The position numbers and the translations under genes are program-made. Below, piece by piece: positions 9,163-17,295 of a stretch of 25,854 nt of DNA. Each line of letters starts with the position of its first letter. Position 1 is the stretch's first letter. The DNA comes from Vulcanimicrobiaceae bacterium. Lineage in GTDB: Bacteria; Vulcanimicrobiota; Vulcanimicrobiia; Vulcanimicrobiales; Vulcanimicrobiaceae. The notes under the pieces were generated by a model. That model was not told the origin of the DNA. It saw nothing but the letters and a program-made list of their open reading frames with translations, and did not search any database. The stretch is from assembly GCA_046262595.1 (NCBI GenBank), contig JBHEMM010000001.1, positions 53,999 through 79,852 of the forward strand, written 5' to 3'.

Positions 9163-10961
9163 ACGGCGCGAACCAGGTCGCGCATCAAATACGGCTTGCG
9201 CAGCACGTTCACCGACGGATCGAACGGCGGCGGATCGCTGCCCACGACGATGACGCCGGCATGGTGCGCCTGCGCAAAGCGCTCCACCGCGCGTCGAGCC
9301 TGCGGCGCGAACGGCACGGCATCCAAGTCGATCACGATCCGGTCCGTCTGAAAGATGTCTTCCTCCAGCAGCGCTGCGATGGAGTGCAAAAGCCGCGTAC
9401 GTAGACCCGCCTCCCGCAAAGCGTGCGTAATGAACGAACGCGCTTCCGACTCGCTTTCCAGGACGGCGATGCGCATCGGCCGCGTCATGTGCTCGTGTCC
9501 GGCCAGGGGCAAGAGCACGCGGAACGTGCTTCCTTCGCCCTCGCGGCTCTGTACTTCAATACGGCCGCCGTGCATTCCGACGATTTGGCCGCACAGAAAC
9601 AGGCCGAAGCCGGTGCCCGGAATGCGCAGCTTGCGCGCATTCGAAGCGCGCGTGAAACGTTCGAACACGCGCGCCAGATCGTGCTGGGGAATGCCGATGC
9701 CGCGATCGGACACCTCGACAAGGGCGTGCTCCGCGCTGCTCGAAAGGCGCACGCGCACCGGCTCGCCGCCCGGAGAATATTTCACGGCGTTTTGAAGCAA
9801 ATTGGAAAACACTTGGCGCAGACGGCGTGCGTCGCCGCGGACGGCCGGATCGGCGCGCATCTCCAATTCGATCGAGCGACGCTCGTTGCCGGCCGCGACG
9901 TCACGAAGAAGTCCGGCGAGATCGACGTCTTCGTCGGCGAGATCGATCTCGTTACGTTCCAGGCTCGAAAGCGCCAGCGTGTCCGTCGCCAAGTCGGTCA
10001 GCCGCAGTGCCGCCCTGCGGATCGAATCCAAATATTCTTGCTGGCTCTCGTTGACCTCGCCCATTTCCGCCGTCAGGTCGGTGTACCCGAGGATGTTCGT
10101 GAGCGGCCCCTTGAAATCGTGCGCGAGCATGGCGATCAAATCCGTTTTTACCTGGTTGAGTTCGAGCACCGCGTTGCGCTGCTCTTCGATCTCGGCGACG
10201 AGCGATGCGTTGCGCGCGGCGATCGCAAAATACTGCGCGAGCAGTTCGATGGCCACGATATCCGCGTCGCGCAGCACGCGTTGCGCGCACACCTCGATGA
10301 CAAAGCTGCCGCCTGCACACAAGGCCGCTCGCTTTTTGTCCTCGCCGGTGATCGTGCCTGAAGAAGCCGCAGCACGTGCGAGCAGTTCGTCGGCGAACGG
10401 CGCGGACTCGAGCGCATGGACGCTGAGCGTTCCCTGGACCAGTTCTCGAACCGCCTGCGCGAAGCGTTGTGTGAGCGCGGCTAAATCCAACGCGCCGAAC
10501 AAATCGCGCGCAGCGCCGCCGAGTGCAACCAGCCGCGCGTTGAGATCTTCCAGACTCGATTCGCGTTCGACCGATTCGGTGACATCGCGCTCGACCGAGA
10601 TCCAATGCGCGATGCGGCCTGCGGCATCGCGAATCGGCTGCAGCGTCACCTGATTCCAGAAACTGCTGCCGTCCTTGCGGTAGCTGCAGACTTCGGTTTT
10701 CACGGCGCGCCCTTGCGCGATTGCCTGCCGCGCCGCCTTCATGCCCTCGTCGTCCGGCATCCGAGCCCGGAACGATTCCAAGGTGCGGCCGATAACCTCA
10801 GCCGGCTCGTACCCGGTCTGCTCGTAGAAGGCGGCATTCGCATAGGTCAGCCGCAGTCCGCCGTCAGGGTCGATGCCGTACACCACGATCGCATCGCCGG
10901 CCGCATTGACCGCCGAGAGCATTAGATCCATCTGTTCTTGCACGGCGCCCCGCTCGCTCAC
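9126..10961 (-). CDS. Hybrid sensor histidine kinase (PAS/PAC - GAF-like - HisKA - HATPase - atypical receiver)
   Basis: PAS ANAAF...TGY...YRKDG..FWN; H-box LAHDFKGPLT; N-box NLLQNAVKYS; G-boxes DRGIGIP and GTGFGL; C-terminal VIDLD...KP. GTGA overlap with upstream hydrolase. Confidence 0.9.
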   Translation of the reverse strand: MSERGAVQEQMDLMLSAVNAAGDAIVVYGIDPDGGLRLTYANAAFYEQTGYEPAEVIGRTLESFRARMPDDEGMKAARQAIAQGRAVKTEVCSYRKDGSSFWNQVTLQPIRDAAGRIAHWISVERDVTESVERESSLEDLNARLVALGGAARDLFGALDLAALTQRFAQAVRELVQGTLSVHALESAPFADELLARAAASSGTITGEDKKRAALCAGGSFVIEVCAQRVLRDADIVAIELLAQYFAIAARNASLVAEIEEQRNAVLELNQVKTDLIAMLAHDFKGPLTNILGYTDLTAEMGEVNESQQEYLDSIRRAALRLTDLATDTLALSSLERNEIDLADEDVDLAGLLRDVAAGNERRSIELEMRADPAVRGDARRLRQVFSNLLQNAVKYSPGGEPVRVRLSSSAEHALVEVSDRGIGIPQHDLARVFERFTRASNARKLRIPGTGFGLFLCGQIVGMHGGRIEVQSREGEGSTFRVLLPLAGHEHMTRPMRIAVLESESEARSFITHALREAGLRTRLLHSIAALLEEDIFQTDRIVIDLDAVPFAPQARRAVERFAQAHHAGVIVVGSDPPPFDPSVNVLRKPYLMRDLVRAVQSGTPIRSAPE

Positions 10962-11743
10962 GTTAACGCGTGCTCCGCTTCGCCGTTCGCCTCCAAAAAA
11001 TGGCGCAGAACGCGGTTGAACCGTTCCGGCTCATCCGCATTTGCAACATGCCCTGCACCGCTCAGAATTTCCAGACGCGCTCCCGGTACCGCGCGAGCAA
11101 TCTCCTCGGAGTAACGCCGCGGCGCCACGGCGTCCCGTTCGCCGCAGATGACCAGACACGGAACGCCGATGAACGGCAGCAGCGCGCGATAATCGCCGGT
11201 CCACGTCGCAAACGTGGACGCAATGTATGAATCCAAACTCTTGCACGCCATCTGAGCGATCGTTTCTTCGGTGCGCGCGCCTGGCCGCAAACCGAGTTTC
11301 GCGGCGCGTTCGCCCGCGAAACGTTCCATGCTGCCGCAGGCGCGCGCCGCCTGCGCGACGCTTTGCGCATACGTTTGCGCGCCGCCGTACGCGGCGAAGC
11401 TTCCCACGAGCGTGACCGAGAGAAAACGCTCCGGCACGTGCTTTAGCAGCTCGAACGCAACGACCCCGCCTAAACTGCATCCCACGAAGTGAAAACGCGG
11501 CGCACGCGCCGCATCGGCAACAGCGAGTACGTCTTGCACGAAGCCGCTGCGATCGATCGTTTCGGGATCCGGCTCCGGTTTGCTGGCGCCGTTGCCGCGC
11601 AGCTCGACGGCGAAACAGCGGTAACGATCGCTAAACGCGCGCAGTTGCGGATCCCAAACAGCGGCCGTGGACCCGACACCGTGAACGAACATGATAACCG
11701 AGCCGCCGCACCCGCTCATCCGCGCACCGGCGATGGTGTTCAT
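10958..11743 (-). CDS. Alpha/beta fold hydrolase (PcaD-like)
   Basis: Motifs FVHGVG, ELRGNG, nucleophile elbow GCSLGG, GERD and GAGH. Confidence 0.9.
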   Translation of the reverse strand: MNTIAGARMSGCGGSVIMFVHGVGSTAAVWDPQLRAFSDRYRCFAVELRGNGASKPEPDPETIDRSGFVQDVLAVADAARAPRFHFVGCSLGGVVAFELLKHVPERFLSVTLVGSFAAYGGAQTYAQSVAQAARACGSMERFAGERAAKLGLRPGARTEETIAQMACKSLDSYIASTFATWTGDYRALLPFIGVPCLVICGERDAVAPRRYSEEIARAVPGARLEILSGAGHVANADEPERFNRVLRHFLEANGEAEHALT

Positions 11744-13470
11744 GAGGCTCGCGCGCGCTTGTCGCGCACGAAGGCCATCACGCCTTCGAGCGAACGCGCA
11801 TTCAACACGTCGGCCTTCGTCAGCCCCGCGCGGCGCGCTTGGCTCACCGCCAGCTCGATGTTCGCGAGCTGCGCGACATCGTGCGCATCCGAGTCGACGG
11901 TCAGCGTCGCTCCCGCTTGTTTCGCGCGCTGCGCCAGCGTCGAGGGAAGATCTAAGCGCAGCGCCTGCCCGTCGATTTCGAGCGCCGTTCCGGTCCGCGC
12001 CGCGGCGCTAAAGACGGCATCGTAGTCGAACTCGTATCCGGCAAAACCCTCCAGCATGCGTCCCGTCGGATGACCGATGATCGTCACATACGGATTTTCG
12101 CACGCCCGGATGAGCCGCGCCGTCATCGCGTCCGCGCCGATATTGAAAGCGGAATGCACGCTGCCGACGACGATGTCGAGCTCGCGGAGCAGCGCGTCAT
12201 CGTAATCCATGCTGCCGTCGGGCAGAATGTCCACTTCGCTGCTGCACAACGTGCGTACGCCGTAGCGATCGCCGAGCGCGCGCACGCGCTCGCGCTGTTC
12301 GCGCAGCCGCGCGGGCGACAAACCGAACGCTCGTCCGCGGCCTTGCGAATGATCGGATATCGAATGATACTCGTAGCCGCGTGCGGCCGCGGCGGCGATC
12401 ATAGCCTCGAGCGGCTGGTTGCCGTCGCTGTACGTGCAGTGCATGTGAAAATCGCCGCGCACGTCGGAAGACCGGATCAGATCGGGCAAGTCGCGCCGCA
12501 GCGCGAGTTCGATCTCGCCCGTGCCGCTGCGAAGCTCCGGCGGAACGGGCTGCATGCCGAGCGCTTCGTATACCTGGTCTTCGTGCGTGCAGGTGATGAC
12601 GTCACCCGTCTGCAGATTAAGGATGCCGTTCTCGCTCACGCGCAGTCCGTTGCGCACGGCATATTCGCGAAACTGAACGTTGTGCTCGCGGCTGCCGGTG
12701 AAATGCTGCAGCAAATTGCCGTACAGGTGGTCGGGAAGCACGCGCAGATCGATTTGCAGCCCGTCTTCGAGCCAGATGCTGCCTTTGGTCGGTCCCTCGG
12801 CCAGAACGGCGCGCGCGCGATCCCACTGCGTGAAGCGGTCGATCACCGCTGCGGCGTTCGCCGAAGTGCAGACGATGTCGATGTCGCCCAGCGTCGCCTC
12901 GGCGCGCCGCGCGCTTCCTGCCAGGCACAGCCGCTCCAACGGCGGTCCTTCGTGCAAAAATGCGATCGCTTCCGCGGCCGTCTTGAGCGCGCGCGCAAGC
13001 GGGATGCGCCGCGAACGTCCCCGGTATGCCAGGATGCCGCGCCGGATGTTCTCGATGGTTTTGCGGCCCATGCGCGGCGCCGCTTCCAAGACGCCGCTCT
13101 CGATTGCCGCTTCCAAATCCGCGAGCGATCCGACGCCGAACTCGGAAAAGAGCATGGCGCCGGTCTTGATGCCGATTCCCGGGACAGCGAGCACTTCCAG
13201 GATCGTCGCAGGATAGCGTTGCGCGAGCACATCGAGCTGCTCGCATGTTCCTGTTGCCGCAATCTGTTCCACCGCCGCGGCGATCGATTTGCCCACTCCG
13301 GGAACCGACGTGAGCGTTCGTTGTGCGATCAGATCGCTTACGGGCGGTGCGTTTTCAAGAGCGGATGCGGCGCGCTCGTACGCCATGAATTTGTAGAACG
13401 ACTCCCCTGCGAGCTCCATCAGGGTTCGGATGCGCAACAGCGTCTGCGCAATCTCAGCGTTTGCGGCCAC
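11740..13470 (-). CDS. polX: DNA polymerase X / PHP 3'-5' exonuclease
   Basis: Probable GTG start at 13470 (VAANAEIAQ). HhH motifs PGVGK and PGIG.K; GSARR...GDIDI, QIDLRV and HFTGSREHN; PHP motifs DFHMH..YSDG, SDHS, GHPTGR and DSDAH. Confidence 0.95.
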   Translation of the reverse strand: MAANAEIAQTLLRIRTLMELAGESFYKFMAYERAASALENAPPVSDLIAQRTLTSVPGVGKSIAAAVEQIAATGTCEQLDVLAQRYPATILEVLAVPGIGIKTGAMLFSEFGVGSLADLEAAIESGVLEAAPRMGRKTIENIRRGILAYRGRSRRIPLARALKTAAEAIAFLHEGPPLERLCLAGSARRAEATLGDIDIVCTSANAAAVIDRFTQWDRARAVLAEGPTKGSIWLEDGLQIDLRVLPDHLYGNLLQHFTGSREHNVQFREYAVRNGLRVSENGILNLQTGDVITCTHEDQVYEALGMQPVPPELRSGTGEIELALRRDLPDLIRSSDVRGDFHMHCTYSDGNQPLEAMIAAAAARGYEYHSISDHSQGRGRAFGLSPARLREQRERVRALGDRYGVRTLCSSEVDILPDGSMDYDDALLRELDIVVGSVHSAFNIGADAMTARLIRACENPYVTIIGHPTGRMLEGFAGYEFDYDAVFSAAARTGTALEIDGQALRLDLPSTLAQRAKQAGATLTVDSDAHDVAQLANIELAVSQARRAGLTKADVLNARSLEGVMAFVRDKRARAS

Positions 13471-13525
13471 GAAAAGACTCTTTCGGTGCAAAGGCGCCGC
13501 AGCCCGTTCCGGCAAAGGCGCACGG

Positions 13526-14074
13526 GTGACTTTACTGGAGGTGCGCCAGGCCGCGTACGGCTGCGTGCTTGCGCCGGTTTCGCTGGTACTGGAAGAGCTC
13601 GGACATGCAGCGCATGCCTGCGCCGGTGCGCCCGCCGCGTCCGCGCTGGCAAAAATGGTCTGCGCGATGCTGCGCCCGAGCTCGGGCGCCGTCTACGTCG
13701 GCGCATTCGACACGCGGATTCAGCCCGTTCAGGTCAAGCGCATCGCGGCGTTCGTGCCGCACGACGCCATCGGTCCGGGCTTCGGCTCATTCGAGGCGTA
13801 TATCGAGTACCGCGCCGATTTGTGGGGCCTCGATCGTGCACAAACCGTCGTCAACGCCGGCGCGATTTTGGAGTCGCTGCGGGGCGTGCATGAAGCGTTC
13901 GCTTATCCGCTTGCAGGAGCCCTTGCGGCCCAGCCGCGGCTGCTCGTCTTGGACCGTCCGCAAGCCGCGTATGCAGGCGCGATTGCGCGCGCCGCCGCAC
14001 GCTGCGCCGTTCTCTCCACGCACGCAGGCGAAGACGAAGCGCGCGCGTTCACCGTGGAAGCGGTGAACGCATGA
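13526..14074 (+). CDS. Degenerate ABC-ATPase-like protein
   Basis: GTG at 13526 (MTLLEVRQAAY). ABC scaffold LAPVSL, LRPSSGAVYVGAFD, VKR.AAFVP, PRLLVLDRP and LSTH, but Walker A, signature and catalytic Glu are missing. Confidence 0.7.
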   Translation: MTLLEVRQAAYGCVLAPVSLVLEELGHAAHACAGAPAASALAKMVCAMLRPSSGAVYVGAFDTRIQPVQVKRIAAFVPHDAIGPGFGSFEAYIEYRADLWGLDRAQTVVNAGAILESLRGVHEAFAYPLAGALAAQPRLLVLDRPQAAYAGAIARAAARCAVLSTHAGEDEARAFTVEAVNA

Positions 14075-14643
14075 AGCGCAGCGCTGCAACGTTTGCGATC
14101 GTTTCCGCTCGCCTGCGGCGCGACGGCATGCTGCTCGTGGCCGCAGCCGCCGTTTGCGCGTTGCTGGCGTATTTGCAGCGGCACGACGATCGCTATGCCG
14201 ATTTGGCGGGCGCGCTTGTCTTTGCAACGATCGCCGCGTGCGCGTCCGCCATGCTGCTGCACGCGCGGCGCCACCGCGAGCTCACTTTATCCGAGGAAGC
14301 CGCCCCCCTTTACGGGCGCGAATTGGCGCGGGCGCGCGCCATCCTGCCGTGCGTGACGGGCGCGCTCGCAGCGTGCGCGTATTGGGCCGTTGCCCTATTT
14401 TATCAGCCGCAGGGCGCTGCGTTCATCGCATTGACCGCGATGTCGGCTACCGCTTCGGCAATGGCGGTGCTTTGCGCGAGCGTCGCGCCCGGCAGGCAGC
14501 GCCCGCTCTTTTTTGCCCTCGGCATCGCCGCAGGCGCAATATCGTTCGCGCTCTGCACCGTTCCAGCGGCGGGATTCGCCGCCGGCGCCGCCATCGCGTA
14601 CGTCACGCTGCGCCACTACGGCGAAGCGATTGCGCGCGGTTAG
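14071..14643 (+). CDS. Hypothetical multi-TM membrane protein (possible ABC-2-type partner)
   Basis: ATGA overlap with upstream gene; about 6 hydrophobic segments; loop EEAAPLYGRELARARA resembles ABC-2 coupling loops. Confidence 0.7.
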   Translation: MKRSAATFAIVSARLRRDGMLLVAAAAVCALLAYLQRHDDRYADLAGALVFATIAACASAMLLHARRHRELTLSEEAAPLYGRELARARAILPCVTGALAACAYWAVALFYQPQGAAFIALTAMSATASAMAVLCASVAPGRQRPLFFALGIAAGAISFALCTVPAAGFAAGAAIAYVTLRHYGEAIARG

Positions 14644-15203
14644 GCGATTGGCGCCGGCGCGGCGGTTGCGAGCTTTTCCAAAATGGCGCGGTTGAACTGC
14701 GCGAGATCCTCCGGCGCGCGCGAACTCACCCAATTGCTGTCCTGGACGACCGGCTGATCGCGGTATAAACCGCCGGCGTTGCGGATGTCGTCGGCGATCG
14801 CCGGCGCGCCCGTGAGTTGACGGCCGCGCACGATCTGCGCGGAGATGAGCACTTGCGCGCCGTGGCAAATGGCGAACATCGGTTTTTTCGCCGCGTCGAA
14901 CTCGCGCACGAAACGCTGGACGTCTTTGTTGGTGCGGATATGATCGGGAGAAACGCCGCCCGGAACGAGCAGCGCATCGAAATCCTCGGCAGTGCAATCG
15001 GCAACGAGTTCCTCGGCTTTCACGCTTGCGCCCTCGTCCAGCCCCCGCTTCCCGCGGATCTTCTGACGCGATTTCTCGTCGATGCCGACGATGGTCACGA
15101 TGGCGCCGGCGTCCTCGAGCGCGCGGCGCGGCTCCGTGAGCTCGGACTCTTCAAACCCGTCACCGACAAGGGCGGCGATTCTTTTTCCTTCTACTGATTG
15201 CAT
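14640..15203 (-). CDS. DJ-1/PfpI family (type 1 glutamine amidotransferase-like) protein
   Basis: Motifs GFEESELTEP, DALLVPGG..PD, AICHG, DIRNAG and SSRAPEDL..FN. Confidence 0.93.
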   Translation of the reverse strand: MQSVEGKRIAALVGDGFEESELTEPRRALEDAGAIVTIVGIDEKSRQKIRGKRGLDEGASVKAEELVADCTAEDFDALLVPGGVSPDHIRTNKDVQRFVREFDAAKKPMFAICHGAQVLISAQIVRGRQLTGAPAIADDIRNAGGLYRDQPVVQDSNWVSSRAPEDLAQFNRAILEKLATAAPAPIA

Positions 15204-15248
15204 GGCATGGCGTTTCTCTGCCTTCGCAAAAGCGGCCTTTGCGGCCGG

Positions 15249-15746
15249 CTACAGAGAGCCGCCCGTACCCTGAACCGCGAGCCGCAGCAAGTAGGCCAGC
15301 TCCATCTCAACGCGTCCGGCTGCATCCAAGAGCGGATCGTCGATGAGCGCTGCGATGGCGGGGTTGCGCTTGGTCATATCCGACTCCGGAACCGGATGGC
15401 GCGGATTGATCTCGCGCATGTAGATGCGCGCTTGATAGCGCACGGGGCCTTCGGGTAAAAAATACAACGGATCCAAACCGGAGGCGTAGACTTCGAGCGA
15501 GAGCATGCCGGTCTTCTGCATGAACTCGATCGGCTTGGAACGCAGCGCACGGATAAAGTGCGCCAGTGCCGGCGCACCGACGCGCATTCGGCCCGCCAGC
15601 ACCGCATCGACGATCGCGGGCTCCAGGCCGCTCGCGCGCGCGAGATCTTCTGATGGAACCTCGCGCTGCGCGGCGAAAGCGCGCAGGGCGTTCCCGAATA
15701 CGGTTCCTCCCGCCGTTCCCGCGGCGGCATCCCATACCGGCTCCAT
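15249..15746 (-). CDS. Hypothetical protein with N-terminal XRE-like helix-turn-helix
   Basis: SD GAGGAGG and TGATG overlap with the Rieske gene; FGNALR....QREV..EDLARASGL...IVDAVLAGR; C-terminal domain not recognised. Confidence 0.7.
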   Translation of the reverse strand: MEPVWDAAAGTAGGTVFGNALRAFAAQREVPSEDLARASGLEPAIVDAVLAGRMRVGAPALAHFIRALRSKPIEFMQKTGMLSLEVYASGLDPLYFLPEGPVRYQARIYMREINPRHPVPESDMTKRNPAIAALIDDPLLDAAGRVEMELAYLLRLAVQGTGGSL

Positions 15747-16090
15747 CAACGATCCTCCTCATCAAGCGGGCGCGATCCGATCAGCAGATCGCTGCCTTCG
15801 CGCCGGACGGCGAAACGCGCAACGCGCGCAAACTCGCCCAGCGTCATTTTGCCGCTGCGCACCTCGAAACACCAGCCGTGCCACGGACACGTAATCGTCG
15901 AACCTTCCAACCAGCCGTCGGCCAGAGGACCGCCCTGATGCGGACAGCTGTTTTCCAACGCGTAGAACTCGCCGTCTACGTTGAAAAGCGCGACGTCATA
16001 TGCGCCGACGCTTACGCTGGACGCGCTGCCCGGCGCGAGCGCGGCCGCTCCCGCGACGCGTATAAACTTCGGCGCTTGCGGCTGCATCAT
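15746..16090 (-). CDS. Rieske [2Fe-2S] ferredoxin
   Basis: Motifs CPHQGGPL and CPWHGWCF. Confidence 0.93.
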   Translation of the reverse strand: MMQPQAPKFIRVAGAAALAPGSASSVSVGAYDVALFNVDGEFYALENSCPHQGGPLADGWLEGSTITCPWHGWCFEVRSGKMTLGEFARVARFAVRREGSDLLIGSRPLDEEDR

Positions 16091-16845
16091 CCGAACACGC
16101 CGGCCACGAGGCCTCCGTCAACAGCGATCGTTTGACCGGTGATGTATCCCGCCGGCTCGCCGCACAGGAAGGCGACGAGCGGCGCGAACTCCGCCGGTTG
16201 CGCGACGCGGCCTGCGGGTACTTCCGTTCCCGCTGCGCGCAACTGCGCCAGATCGTTACCGTAAAGAGAACGCAGGCGAGCCGTTTCGATCCGCCCCGTC
16301 GCTATTGCATTCACCGTCACGCCGTCGCGCGCAACTTCAAGCGAAAGGGTCTTGAGCGCCGACACGAGCGCCGTGCGGAACATATTGCTGAGCGCGAGCG
16401 AGGGAATCGGCTGTTTCACCGACGTCGACGTGAGCGCAACGATGCGGCCCCAACCGCGTGCGCGCATGTTGCGCGCGAGCCCGTGAACGAGCTGCAGCTG
16501 CGATCGGAGAACGCCGGCGTAGGCCGCATCCCAATCGCGGAGGCCAAGTTGCAGCATTGTGCCCGGCTTCGGGCCGCCGCCGTTCGCGATCAAAATATCG
16601 GCGTGCGCACATTCGCGCAGCAGGCTCTCAACTGAGCCGGGATCGTCCAAATCAACGCGCCGCACATCGGCCGCGGGCGCTCCGGCGGCGCGTGCCTGCT
16701 CGGCGACTTTGACGAGCTCCTCATGCCGGCGCGCGGCAAGCATCACGCGCACGCCCTCGGCTGCAAGCGCCAGTGCGCACGCCTTGCCCAAGCCGGAGCT
16801 CGCTCCGGTGACGAGCGCAAGGCGCCCAGCGATTTTTAAATCCAT
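16087..16845 (-). CDS. SDR family oxidoreductase (atypical BKR-like subgroup)
   Basis: Start MDLKIAGRLALVTGASSGLG at 16845; NGGGPKPG; LSNMFR in place of YxxxK; YITGQTIAVDGG. Confidence 0.92.
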   Translation of the reverse strand: MDLKIAGRLALVTGASSGLGKACALALAAEGVRVMLAARRHEELVKVAEQARAAGAPAADVRRVDLDDPGSVESLLRECAHADILIANGGGPKPGTMLQLGLRDWDAAYAGVLRSQLQLVHGLARNMRARGWGRIVALTSTSVKQPIPSLALSNMFRTALVSALKTLSLEVARDGVTVNAIATGRIETARLRSLYGNDLAQLRAAGTEVPAGRVAQPAEFAPLVAFLCGEPAGYITGQTIAVDGGLVAGVFG

Positions 16846-16887
16846 GCGGTGGGTTTCGCGAATGTGCGCGCGGAACCATCGGCGTCG

Positions 16888-17295
16888 ATGAGCGAACAAC
16901 CGCCCGAACCGATCACCGAACGCCGGACGGAGATCGTTTTTCCAACCGATGTCAATAACTTCGGCACGCTTTTCGGCGGCCGCGCCGTCGCAATGATGGA
17001 TGTCGTTGCGGGCATCGCCGCGATCCGCGCGGCGCACAAACCCGTGGTCACCGCCTCGATCGATCGCGTCGACTTCAAAGCGCCGATCCGGGAAGGCGAT
17101 TTTGCGGAGACGATCGCGCGCGTGGTGGCGATCGGACGAACGTCGATCACCGTCGAGGTGGAACTTTGGGGCGAGATACCCGCAACCGGCGAGCGCAAGC
17201 TCTCAACCGTCGGGAAATTCGTGATGGTCGCGGTCGATCGGGACGGGCGGCCTACGCCGGTACGGAGCGGCGGCGCACCGAGCGCGCGTAAATAA
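16888..17295 (+). CDS. Acyl-CoA thioesterase (HotDog, YciA-like)
   Basis: Motifs VFPTDVNNFGTLFGG, MD...., VVTASIDRVDF..PI, GRTSI.V.VE and F.MVAVD..GRP. Confidence 0.93.
   Translation: MSEQPPEPITERRTEIVFPTDVNNFGTLFGGRAVAMMDVVAGIAAIRAAHKPVVTASIDRVDFKAPIREGDFAETIARVVAIGRTSITVEVELWGEIPATGERKLSTVGKFVMVAVDRDGRPTPVRSGGAPSARK

Noticed and set aside
10580..10900. LOV blue-light photoreceptor
   Set aside because: The photoactive GxNCRFLQ motif is absent, so it is treated as an ordinary PAS/PAC domain.
12070..13893. Long antisense or alternative-frame ORFs (e.g. 12070-13893, 5993-7540, 21087-22106, 21730-22767, 24804-25754)
   Set aside because: Shadow ORFs expected at high GC. They lie opposite well-supported genes and show no recognisable motifs.
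16087..16845. SDR lacking YxxxK as an inactive enzyme
   Set aside because: The SNxxR variant is typical of a common atypical SDR subgroup.
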